Shown here one piece after another: positions 18,387-26,522 of a stretch of DNA of 64,000 nucleotides. Origin of the DNA: a virus; IMG/VR virus record IMGVR_UViG_3300030060_007423, positions 106,802 through 170,801 of that record, one strand, 5' to 3'. Position 1 is the stretch's first letter. The number at the start of each line of letters is the position of its first letter. The notes beneath the pieces are model-generated. The model searched no databases and was not told the origin of the DNA. It saw only the letters and a program-made list of their open reading frames with translations. The translations under genes were made by a program, and so were the position numbers.

Positions 18387-19592
18387 ATGAAAAATGTAAT
18401 CTTAAAAGCTGGTCTTAACGAGAGTGGTAAACCAGTATTGACTGACAAGGTTGGCAATCAGTTTGAATGTCCTGTAAAGGATAAAGCCAACAAACAAAAA
18501 TTAACGTGGGCTGTTAAAAAAGAAGCCTATGTAAAAGTAATAATGAAGGAGGGCGGAGCCATGTCCTACTCAGTATCTAATAGTAGTACTGAAAAGGATT
18601 GGACTAAAGATGCCACGTCTATATTGACAGACCAGTGGTTGAATAAACCTGCTGCTAATGTACCTGCTGAACAGGCTGAGGTAATGGCATTCATTCAGAA
18701 ATCTCCTGAGTTAAAACCAGATACTCTTAAGATGCAAGACCTTAAATGGAAATATCTTGTTAGGTCTGCAATGAGAGGTAAAAATATTATGATGACTGGT
18801 CCTGCAGGATGTGGTAAAACTATGGCAGCTAAAACTGTTGTGAACGCATTAGACAGACCAGAATTTTATTTCAACCTTGGGGCAACTCAAGATCCTAGAG
18901 CTACCTTAATTGGTAATGTCCACTTCAATAAAGAGAGTGGTACGTTCTTCTCTGAATCAATGTTTGTGAAAGCAATACAGACTGAGAATGCTGTAATACT
19001 CATGGATGAGCTTTCACGTGCTCACCCCGAGGCTTGGAATATATTAATGACTGTATTAGACGAAGGTCAGAGATACTTAAGGTTAGATGAAGCTGATGGC
19101 TCTCCAACTATTAAAGTAGCTCCAGGTGTAACATTTATCGCTACTGCCAATATAGGTAATGAATATACAGCGACAAGAGTTATGGACCGAGCGTTATTAG
19201 ACAGGTTTATTATTGTAGAGATGGATACTCTAAATGCTTCTGAGGAGTTTGAGTTGTTAACAAAACTATTTCCTAATGTGGATACTAAAACAGTTAACGC
19301 CATATCTGAAATTGCTCATGCTACTAGAGTTGAGGTTAAGAGTGAAGTTGCGAGAATCTCTACTTCTATTTCTACCAGAGCTTGTGTTGAAATGACTAGC
19401 CTTGTTTACGACGGGTTTAGTTTAACAGAAGCTGCTGAGGTTATTATGTATCCACAATACGATGATGCGGGTGGAGCTGATAGCGAAAGAACATTCGTAA
19501 AACAACTTGTACAGAAATTCTGTGACGATGGTACCGATGAAGATTTATTCAACACTGAAGATGTTGACGGTGCTGATGACAACCAGCAATAA
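18387..19592 (+). CDS. MoxR/CbbQ/NirQ-type AAA+ ATPase
   Basis: GPAGCGKT Walker A, ILMDE Walker B, IATAN sensor I, DRALLDRF Arg finger. Confidence 0.9.
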   Translation: MKNVILKAGLNESGKPVLTDKVGNQFECPVKDKANKQKLTWAVKKEAYVKVIMKEGGAMSYSVSNSSTEKDWTKDATSILTDQWLNKPAANVPAEQAEVMAFIQKSPELKPDTLKMQDLKWKYLVRSAMRGKNIMMTGPAGCGKTMAAKTVVNALDRPEFYFNLGATQDPRATLIGNVHFNKESGTFFSESMFVKAIQTENAVILMDELSRAHPEAWNILMTVLDEGQRYLRLDEADGSPTIKVAPGVTFIATANIGNEYTATRVMDRALLDRFIIVEMDTLNASEEFELLTKLFPNVDTKTVNAISEIAHATRVEVKSEVARISTSISTRACVEMTSLVYDGFSLTEAAEVIMYPQYDDAGGADSERTFVKQLVQKFCDDGTDEDLFNTEDVDGADDNQQ

Positions 19593-19610
19593 GCGACGAT
19601 TGCTAAGAAG

Positions 19611-19642
19611 GGGGGTGGACATTTAGAGCCATCCCCTATTCT
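19611..19642 (+). terminator. Probable terminator hairpin
   Basis: GGGGGTGG (19611-19618)/CCATCCCC (19629-19636) then TATTCT. Confidence 0.55.
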
Positions 19643-19644
19643 AT

Positions 19645-19721
19645 TGTTAATAACTTTGTTAATAACTTTAGAAAATAACTATGAAATAATTTTTATTTCC
19701 CAACAATAATAGTTATATTTA
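19645..19721 (+). promoter_or_regulatory. Two tandem TGTTAATAAC boxes + CCCAA-N8-GTTATATTTA promoter
   Basis: Boxes 19645-19654 and 19657-19666; CCCAA 19699-19703; GTTATATTTA 19712-19721. Confidence 0.7.
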
Positions 19722-19756
19722 TATTATAAATAACGGATTAAACTAATAGAGATACT

Positions 19757-21766
19757 ATGACAAATTATTCAAGCTTTTGGTTAGATGACAATTTTGACAA
19801 TGACATTGACATTCTGACAGGTGAATCAATCGTGAAACCTGGTAAGGACCTCATCAAGCTAGCCGGTTATCAAAGAGCAATCGCTAACTTTGTTAACATC
19901 GTAACAGGTAAACACGTTCCTGTTAAATTCAAACAAAATGGTAATAGCTATACTGATGGCAAATCTATCGTGATTAGCTCAAGTCTAAAGGACAAGGATT
20001 TCGACCCTGCTGTTGGACTTGCTCTTCACGAAGGTAGCCACATATTGTTGTCTGACTTTCAATTCCTTAAAGACTTAGAGAGCCACATACCTGCTGACAT
20101 TACAAATACAGTAATGATTAAATATGATTATGATAGATACAACGCTAACTATCATATCTTAAATAATCTAAAAGATTTGTTAAACATTGTTGAGGACAGA
20201 CGTATTGACAACTACGTGTTTAAGTCTGCTCCTGGTTATAAAGGTTACTACCACTCAATGTATGACAAATACTTTAACTCTAAAATTATAGACAAAGGAT
20301 TGGCAAGTTCTGAATTTAGAATCCCAACCTTTGAAGCTTATATGTTCCGTATCTGTAACATTACTAATAACCATAGAGACCTCAACGCATTACCTGGTCT
20401 AAGAAAGATATGGAATCTAATGGACTTAAAGAATATCGGTGATGTAAAGAGTACTGAAGAGGCCTTTCAAATTGCTTGTGAAATATATAAAGTAATTGAA
20501 GAAAACATTGAGGCTCCTAAACCAGAGGATAATGATTGTGATGGCAATTGTGATGGTGATGGTAATGAACAACAAACTGAGAATAGAGATGGCGGTACTC
20601 CTAAAACACCAGAAGGAGAATCTGATGACGATGGTTCTACTACAACAGGTACTGATTGTACTAATGGTAATACCACATCAACTATTGACTTAGAGGATTT
20701 AACTGACAAACAAAAACAACAGTTAAAGAAAGCTATTCAAAAGCAAAAGAGTTTCCAGGATGGAGATATTAAGAAAGGCGGAATGAGTAAGAAAGATGCT
20801 AGTTCATTAAATGCTATTCAGCAAGGAGATGTTGAGGTTACTAATGTTGGTAATGGAGTAGACGGATGGAGAAAGACTAGTGGTGGTACTAACTGTATTG
20901 TTATTAATGGTATTACTAAAACATTGATTGATGAGAATCCATTTGACGTGTTTATCAACAAAGACTGGTATGGTAGTAGAATGGAGCAGTTTCAACACTC
21001 TGTAGACAAAGGACTTGTATTAGGACAAAAACTTGGTAGAAAGTTACAGGTTAGAAACGAGGAGAACAGCCTTAGATACACACGATTGAATACAGGAAAG
21101 ATAGATAAAAGATTGATTGCTAGTTTAGGCTATGGTGCTGAGAGTGTATTTGAACAAGTATTTACTAGCAGCCATAACGATGCCAACGTACATATCTCAG
21201 TAGATGCTAGTGGTAGTATGAGTGGCCGTAGATATAACAAGGCTATGACTACCTGCGTGGCTATAGCTAAAGCAGCCAGCATGGTTGGTAATCTAAACGT
21301 TCAGATAAGCTTCCGTACTACAGTGGAAAGTGGTGGCACTAACACACCATGTATAGTGATAGCGTATGACTCTAGAAAAGACAAGATCGTAACGATTAAA
21401 TCACTATTCAAATACTGTGTAACTCTAGGGACAACACCAGAAGGACTATGTTTCGAGGCCATTCAAAAACACATGGTACAGAGCAATGGTAGTATGGATA
21501 GCTACTTTATAAACCTCTCAGATGGAGAACCTTATTTTGAGAACCGAGATATTCAATATTGGGGCCAGACAGCTGCTAGCCATACCGCAAAACAAGTGAA
21601 AAACATGCGTGGTGGTGGTATAGAGGTACTGAGCTACTATATAGATGGTGGTAGCGACGTTAGTGCCCAATTTAAGACTATGTATGGTGCCTCTAGCGCT
21701 AGTATAGATACAAACAACCTTACCCAACTGGCCACTACTCTAAATAAATTATTCCTTGGCCAGTAG
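19757..21766 (+). CDS. CobT-like protein: HExxH domain + acidic linker + VWA domain (MoxR partner)
   Basis: ALHEGSH, NIVEDRRID; acidic linker; MIDAS DASGSM, GTTPEG, LSDGEP. Confidence 0.85.
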   Translation: MTNYSSFWLDDNFDNDIDILTGESIVKPGKDLIKLAGYQRAIANFVNIVTGKHVPVKFKQNGNSYTDGKSIVISSSLKDKDFDPAVGLALHEGSHILLSDFQFLKDLESHIPADITNTVMIKYDYDRYNANYHILNNLKDLLNIVEDRRIDNYVFKSAPGYKGYYHSMYDKYFNSKIIDKGLASSEFRIPTFEAYMFRICNITNNHRDLNALPGLRKIWNLMDLKNIGDVKSTEEAFQIACEIYKVIEENIEAPKPEDNDCDGNCDGDGNEQQTENRDGGTPKTPEGESDDDGSTTTGTDCTNGNTTSTIDLEDLTDKQKQQLKKAIQKQKSFQDGDIKKGGMSKKDASSLNAIQQGDVEVTNVGNGVDGWRKTSGGTNCIVINGITKTLIDENPFDVFINKDWYGSRMEQFQHSVDKGLVLGQKLGRKLQVRNEENSLRYTRLNTGKIDKRLIASLGYGAESVFEQVFTSSHNDANVHISVDASGSMSGRRYNKAMTTCVAIAKAASMVGNLNVQISFRTTVESGGTNTPCIVIAYDSRKDKIVTIKSLFKYCVTLGTTPEGLCFEAIQKHMVQSNGSMDSYFINLSDGEPYFENRDIQYWGQTAASHTAKQVKNMRGGGIEVLSYYIDGGSDVSAQFKTMYGASSASIDTNNLTQLATTLNKLFLGQ

Positions 21767-21774
21767 AGGGTACA

Positions 21775-21929
21775 GGCGACTCGCCACAGGCTATCTAAGG
21801 CCGTGTAGTGAACTAGCCAAAGAAAAAATCTGCAAGTGAATGCAGTGGGACTATTTCTTGTTAACAGCAAGATATGTGTGTGTAGCATTGTGCATTAGTC
21901 CATCTTTGTACAGGAGACGATTTTTTCTT
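21775..21929 (+). ncRNA. Candidate structured RNA/DNA element (multibranch)
   Basis: 11-bp closing stem 21820-21830/21919-21929 enclosing several nested hairpins; intergenic. Confidence 0.45.
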
Positions 21930-21998
21930 GTATATAAGTGATAGTAGTAGAAGAGTGTTTAACACTATAAAAGTATAAATTAATTAAATATAGATAAT

Positions 21999-22394
21999 AT
22001 GAAAGACAACACAGAGAAATGGAAGTATAGTTATCCATATCAGACAAGGATAGCAACTATTGAACAGGAATATGGTGAACTAGGACAACAGGTACCTGCA
22101 GGATTCTACTTCAGGGATGGCGAGATAATTCGAGCTCTGCTCGATTTTGTGAAACAAAGTGGACCCTGTACATGGACTGAAATGAGCATGGAATACCACT
22201 ACCTGTTCACAAACATGGAATATCATCCAGTCAATCACCGTGGTGGTAGTTTCAGTAGTGGTCACTATCGTAGCCTAATGACACCAAGACGTAGAAGGAT
22301 AGGCAATGGCAATTATGAATATATCCGTAAAGGAGATGATGGTCTATACCGATACCATACACATGCTCTGGGTTATAGTGGTGTTAATTGTTAA
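21999..22394 (+). CDS. Hypothetical protein (possible winged helix)
   Basis: 131-aa ORF with A-rich leader. Confidence 0.5.
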   Translation: MKDNTEKWKYSYPYQTRIATIEQEYGELGQQVPAGFYFRDGEIIRALLDFVKQSGPCTWTEMSMEYHYLFTNMEYHPVNHRGGSFSSGHYRSLMTPRRRRIGNGNYEYIRKGDDGLYRYHTHALGYSGVNC

Positions 22395-22444
22395 TAACTT
22401 TTTCATCAATAATTTTTATTTCCCAACTATTATGGTTATATTTA
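22389..22444 (+). promoter_or_regulatory. TGTTAATAAC box + CCCAA-N8-GTTATATTTA promoter
   Basis: Box 22389-22398; CCCAA 22422-22426; GTTATATTTA 22435-22444. Confidence 0.7.
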
Positions 22445-22470
22445 ATTATCAAATAAAAACAAACTAGATT

Positions 22471-23025
22471 ATGTCAGCTATCTGTAAATCATGTCAGTGC
22501 ACTATTCCTGCTGGTCGGGTTAGTCTTGGCTATAATGTATGTGTTGATTGTAGTACCGAAGAGGCAGTGGCCTGTGTAGATATTACATATCACAAAACTG
22601 GTAATACTATTCAAATAACAGACCAAGACACTGCTAGGCGAATCAATAAGTTGGCCTCACGTAGTGGTTATGGTATCATGCGTGGCCTTCGTGGTGGCAA
22701 GTCATCAACTGACAAGACTACTCTGTCCACTACTCCTCGCAATGCTAAACCATTTCGTGAATACACTCATAGTGACCTAGAGCGTGTCCTTGAGGTTGCT
22801 ATTGATTGGATGGAGATGGATTCCCGTGACCGTGCCATTGCGCATGTCGAGAATGCACTATCTAACAAAATGATTAGTGGTATACAACGCCGACGCATTA
22901 TGGAGATACTTGCAACCATGTTCCCAGAACCTGTAGTTGAGGAGTCAAGTACTGTACAGGAAACAATAGACCCTGAAATCGAATTTACATTTCGTAACTG
23001 GCGTAATAGTAGAATCTATAAATAA
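22471..23025 (+). CDS. Protein with N-terminal DksA/TraR-like C4 zinc finger
   Basis: CKSCQCTIPAGRVSLGYNVCVDCS resembles the TraR/DksA finger C..C...IP..R......C..C. Confidence 0.6.
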   Translation: MSAICKSCQCTIPAGRVSLGYNVCVDCSTEEAVACVDITYHKTGNTIQITDQDTARRINKLASRSGYGIMRGLRGGKSSTDKTTLSTTPRNAKPFREYTHSDLERVLEVAIDWMEMDSRDRAIAHVENALSNKMISGIQRRRIMEILATMFPEPVVEESSTVQETIDPEIEFTFRNWRNSRIYK

Positions 23026-23317
23026 AACTATATGAAAACAATAATTGGCAAAATCAAATCATGGCATGCCTACTGGGTATGGATTGAACAGGAAAAAATA
23101 AAAGCTGCTATACATACGTGTAGTGGTACAGGTTTATATTAAAAACAAGATTATGATTAACTATTTACTTTGTGGATTTATATTCACACTAACTATGGAA
23201 CTTATTAACTCACAACTCAGGTTGAATGTTGACTGGCCAATGCGGACGTTAATGGTCCTTGCATGGCCGTTGTGTCTGGTTGTTTGGTTGTATCACTTCA
23301 TAAAGGAATTGTAATGG

Positions 23318-23362
23318 GTGCCGCATCGCATGTGAGACTTCGCAGGGGTGGTGGCGTGGCGG
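23318..23362. repeat. GC-rich element, right arm of the long-range inverted repeat (partner 16782-16823)
   Basis: GTGCCGCATCGCATGTGAGACTTCGC followed by a G-rich tract. Confidence 0.7.
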
Positions 23363-23371
23363 CCGTGAAAT

Positions 23372-23445
23372 GGACCAGTAGCTCAGCTGGATAGAGCAAC
23401 AGCCTTCTAAGCTGTAGGTCATAGGTTCGAATCCTATCTGGTTCA
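23372..23445 (+). tRNA. tRNA-Arg (TCT)
   Basis: Cloverleaf: GGACCAG/CTGGTTC acceptor, GCTC/GAGC D arm, ACAGC-CTTCTAA-GCTGT anticodon arm, ATAGG-TTCGAAT-CCTAT T arm; CCA not encoded. Confidence 0.95.
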
Positions 23446-23593
23446 CAAAGGATAAATTATATGGTAGAATTTTTGAAACATTTTTTTGGAGTATGTGGAG
23501 AACCACATCCCAGTGTACTAACTATCCTAATGGGTACGCCTGTTGTGGGATACATAATTTACAATATAAGACAATATATAAAAGGAAAGAATA

Positions 23594-23833
23594 ATGACAG
23601 ATAAGCAATGGAGAAAGTTTGGCGAGATACAATATCTTAGAGGACGACTAGATGAAATGTTTAAGATTGATACTTTACTGGATTTTGATATGAGTGGTAT
23701 GAGAAGAATAGATGCAAGGATTGCAAAGTATATGGACAAACTCAAATCAGTAGATGAAATGACTTATGAACTATATTTGATAGAGCGTGATAATATATAC
23801 CATAAGATACGTAAATTAACAAAGGATTGTTAA
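23594..23833 (+). CDS. Hypothetical protein
   Basis: 79-aa ORF, AAGGA RBS. Confidence 0.5.
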   Translation: MTDKQWRKFGEIQYLRGRLDEMFKIDTLLDFDMSGMRRIDARIAKYMDKLKSVDEMTYELYLIERDNIYHKIRKLTKDC

Positions 23834-23905
23834 TAACTTTTTTACATATTATATGAAAATAACTATGAAAATATTTTTATTTCCCAAATATTCTAGTTAT
23901 ATTTA
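23828..23905 (+). promoter_or_regulatory. TGTTAATAAC box + CCCAA-N8-GTTATATTTA promoter
   Basis: Box 23828-23837; CCCAA 23883-23887; GTTATATTTA 23896-23905. Confidence 0.7.
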
Positions 23906-23945
23906 TATATAAATAAATAACTAATACTAATTAAAAAATAACACT

Positions 23946-24473
23946 ATGCCTAGAACTAAAAAGCCTAATGAAGTAATTTACGGAATTGAAATTACTAAAC
24001 CTCATTCATCAGAAATGTATTCTCACAACCACATGGTTGCTGACGAAATGAAAGCCAATATTCTCAACAAATGGAATGCTTTGATATATGGAATTGACCC
24101 TGAAACGGATTGGGAAGATTTTGCAGATAATGAAAGTACTGTTGAGCTTCAAAAATTAGTTTGCTTTTCTGGCTATGGTAGCGGTTATACTTTAGGTGAT
24201 GTAGATAAAGAGTTTAGAAATGAACTGGAGAATATGCAGAACTATGCTATTCACGAAGAATACTCTTACGGTTGTTTTTCAGGACTTCTACCTAGAACTA
24301 GTTTTATGATGGTTGGTCACGGTTGGTCAAAGCATGACTACCACAATAAAGGAGCGGAATCTAATCTTTCTCCTCATGCACCTGTTCCATGTTCAAAAGA
24401 ATTGGATATTGAAATGGCAACTGAATCTGAAAACTTTGAATTTTTAACTGGCGAAGCCTTAATAAACCACTAG
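23946..24473 (+). CDS. Hypothetical protein
   Basis: 175-aa ORF after promoter. Confidence 0.6.
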   Translation: MPRTKKPNEVIYGIEITKPHSSEMYSHNHMVADEMKANILNKWNALIYGIDPETDWEDFADNESTVELQKLVCFSGYGSGYTLGDVDKEFRNELENMQNYAIHEEYSYGCFSGLLPRTSFMMVGHGWSKHDYHNKGAESNLSPHAPVPCSKELDIEMATESENFEFLTGEALINH

Positions 24474-24478
24474 GAGAT

Positions 24479-25141
24479 ATGAATGAAACACCGTTTACAA
24501 AAACACTACAGAGAATAACAGAAGCTGAAGAACATTATGGAGAATGGATTGCTCCAAACTTACAGGCAGATGGTTGGACAGGTACATATAGTCTTGCAGT
24601 TGACCAAATATCAAAAGACATACCTCAAACTAAAAATGGTTGGAATTGGTCAAATATACTTGCAGATAGTAAAGGTCGTGGTGTAGAGTTGGCAATAAAG
24701 GTTAAAGAAGATGGTTGGGGTAAATGGGAATACCATCCACATGTTGAGAGTGTAAAGTATTATATTGCCAAGTTAAAACAAAAAGGTATAAAGGTTTATG
24801 ACTGGCAAATCATTAATGATAGCTGGGCCGTAAATGCATTAGAACGTTTAGGGCTTGAAGAAGTAACAAGGTGGTGTCAAGAAAAGGGTGGTACTCTCAG
24901 GTTCAAAGACCCTCACATGGTAAACTATAAAACCTATTACACATTTCATATAAGAACTGGCTATGTTCGTAGAACACAACATGGACCTAATCCTTGGGGT
25001 AGTGGAAAACGGTGGACATGTTATCAAATTGCTGGTACTAACAGAAAAAAGATATATAATAACTTTCCAAGAATGGTTCACAAAGCTTTAAGGTCTATTG
25101 AAAGATACCAACAAAATAACTGGGATACATTAGATATATAA
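24479..25141 (+). CDS. Hypothetical Trp-rich protein
   Basis: 220-aa ORF, AGGAG RBS. Confidence 0.6.
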   Translation: MNETPFTKTLQRITEAEEHYGEWIAPNLQADGWTGTYSLAVDQISKDIPQTKNGWNWSNILADSKGRGVELAIKVKEDGWGKWEYHPHVESVKYYIAKLKQKGIKVYDWQIINDSWAVNALERLGLEEVTRWCQEKGGTLRFKDPHMVNYKTYYTFHIRTGYVRRTQHGPNPWGSGKRWTCYQIAGTNRKKIYNNFPRMVHKALRSIERYQQNNWDTLDI

Positions 25142-25156
25142 TTAAAAATAATAAAA

Positions 25157-25540
25157 ATGGTAAAAAAGAAAAAGCATAAATTCAAAATAGGCGACAACGT
25201 AACATTCAAGTTCTTTGATGGTGGTACATACACTGGCGTTGTTGACAAGCTTTCATATATGGGAGAGCTTACAGGAAATGTAAACTATCAGTTACCACAA
25301 ATTAGAGTAGCTGTTAAAAATAAAAATGTCAAGTACCCTTACACTTATTATCCCATTAGCGAGCATTATGTACTTAAACGCAATGGAAAGGTTAACCCTA
25401 ATGCAATCAACCTTCCAAGCAAAGATAATAAGCCCAAGAGGAAGGCTAGTAGTAAAATTGCAAAGACTAATAATAAGTCTGAATTGCAACAAGCAATCGA
25501 TAAACAAAAAGAATTCTTAAATCACAATTATGAAAACTAA
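25157..25540 (+). CDS. Hypothetical protein (KOW/SH3-like N-terminus)
   Basis: KFKIGDNVTFKF...YTGVV. Confidence 0.55.
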   Translation: MVKKKKHKFKIGDNVTFKFFDGGTYTGVVDKLSYMGELTGNVNYQLPQIRVAVKNKNVKYPYTYYPISEHYVLKRNGKVNPNAINLPSKDNKPKRKASSKIAKTNNKSELQQAIDKQKEFLNHNYEN

Positions 25541-25910
25541 ATTAGAAATACATAAAGGTGTACACGTCAAAAAAAGTAAAGGTAGAGGTTGGGGTGTATT
25601 CACTAGTGAAAAAATAAATAAAGGAGATATTGTAGAGGAGTGTATTATTCCCTATGATGTTTTACCTATTGGTTCAACTGCATTACCAAACTATAGATAT
25701 GTTTGGCCAAACCGTACAAATTATACTGCATATTGTATAGCGCTAGGCTTTGGTTGTATATACAATCACAATGAAGAAAGTCCAAATATTGATTGGGACC
25801 TTGACCCTGAAGAAAGAATAATGCGGTTTACAGCAATAAAGGATATTGATGCAGGTGACGAACTAATGTTTGACTATCAATCTCCAGTATTAAACTTTGA
25901 AACTAAATAA
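25530..25910 (+). CDS. SET-domain protein (putative lysine methyltransferase)
   Basis: GRGWGVFT..I.KGD, YNHN...PN, AIKDIDAGDELMFDY. Confidence 0.9.
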   Translation: MKTKLEIHKGVHVKKSKGRGWGVFTSEKINKGDIVEECIIPYDVLPIGSTALPNYRYVWPNRTNYTAYCIALGFGCIYNHNEESPNIDWDLDPEERIMRFTAIKDIDAGDELMFDYQSPVLNFETK

Positions 25911-26421
25911 TATGTCAAAGAAACAAAATTTAATTAAATATATTAATAGTACACATGATGTATTTGAGCTGGGTACTATAGTTGAACAAAAGTCAAGTGA
26001 TAACTTAGATGTTGCATTTGAACAGTTAGATGATACGTATAGTAAAAAGGTATTACTGAATTCATATAATCATATGGGCCAACTAAATTTACCTGCAGCT
26101 ACGCCAGGAGTATATCGTTTATCATATTATGGTGTAGTATTCTATATTGGTTCTAGTACTAAGGATATGTCAAATAGAACAAATAGTCATAAACTGGATA
26201 TTGAAAGAAAAGATAAAAAGTTTAAGTTTGTCTGGGATATTGCAAATGACAAATTAGAGCCAGAAGGTCTAATGGTTGAATATAGACCAACGACTAATTT
26301 TATGGCACCAGCATTTGAACTGTGGTCAATTATTAAACATCAGCCTGCATGCAATAGCTCTGGTACATCTAAAACAGCAGCTGATAAAAAAAATGATGAT
26401 GGGAGTGAAAAAAGTTCGTAA
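25897..26421 (+). CDS. GIY-YIG nuclease family protein
   Basis: PGVYRL...FYIGSS...NRTNSH...E...PACN. Confidence 0.75.
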   Translation: MKLNNMSKKQNLIKYINSTHDVFELGTIVEQKSSDNLDVAFEQLDDTYSKKVLLNSYNHMGQLNLPAATPGVYRLSYYGVVFYIGSSTKDMSNRTNSHKLDIERKDKKFKFVWDIANDKLEPEGLMVEYRPTTNFMAPAFELWSIIKHQPACNSSGTSKTAADKKNDDGSEKSS

Positions 26422-26522
26422 ACCTAGCTATAATCCCATGAGAAATGGTTATATTGAATAAATCAATAAACAATTGCATTTATCAAATATATTATTTACC
26501 AAACTTATAAAAATTATAAAGT

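Noticed and set aside
22464-23018. Fourth gene-bracketing stem (TAGATT/AATCTA) around ORF 22471
   Set aside because: Only 6 AT-rich bp; expected by chance
16782-23362. Inverted elements as transposon/IS ends or a prophage-like island at the tRNA
   Set aside because: No transposase or integrase inside, no target duplication or tRNA 3' duplication seen; internal promoters match those outside
10924-23905. Repeated intergenic motifs as a CRISPR array
   Set aside because: Copies are dispersed, one or two per promoter, not regularly spaced with unique spacers; no cas genes
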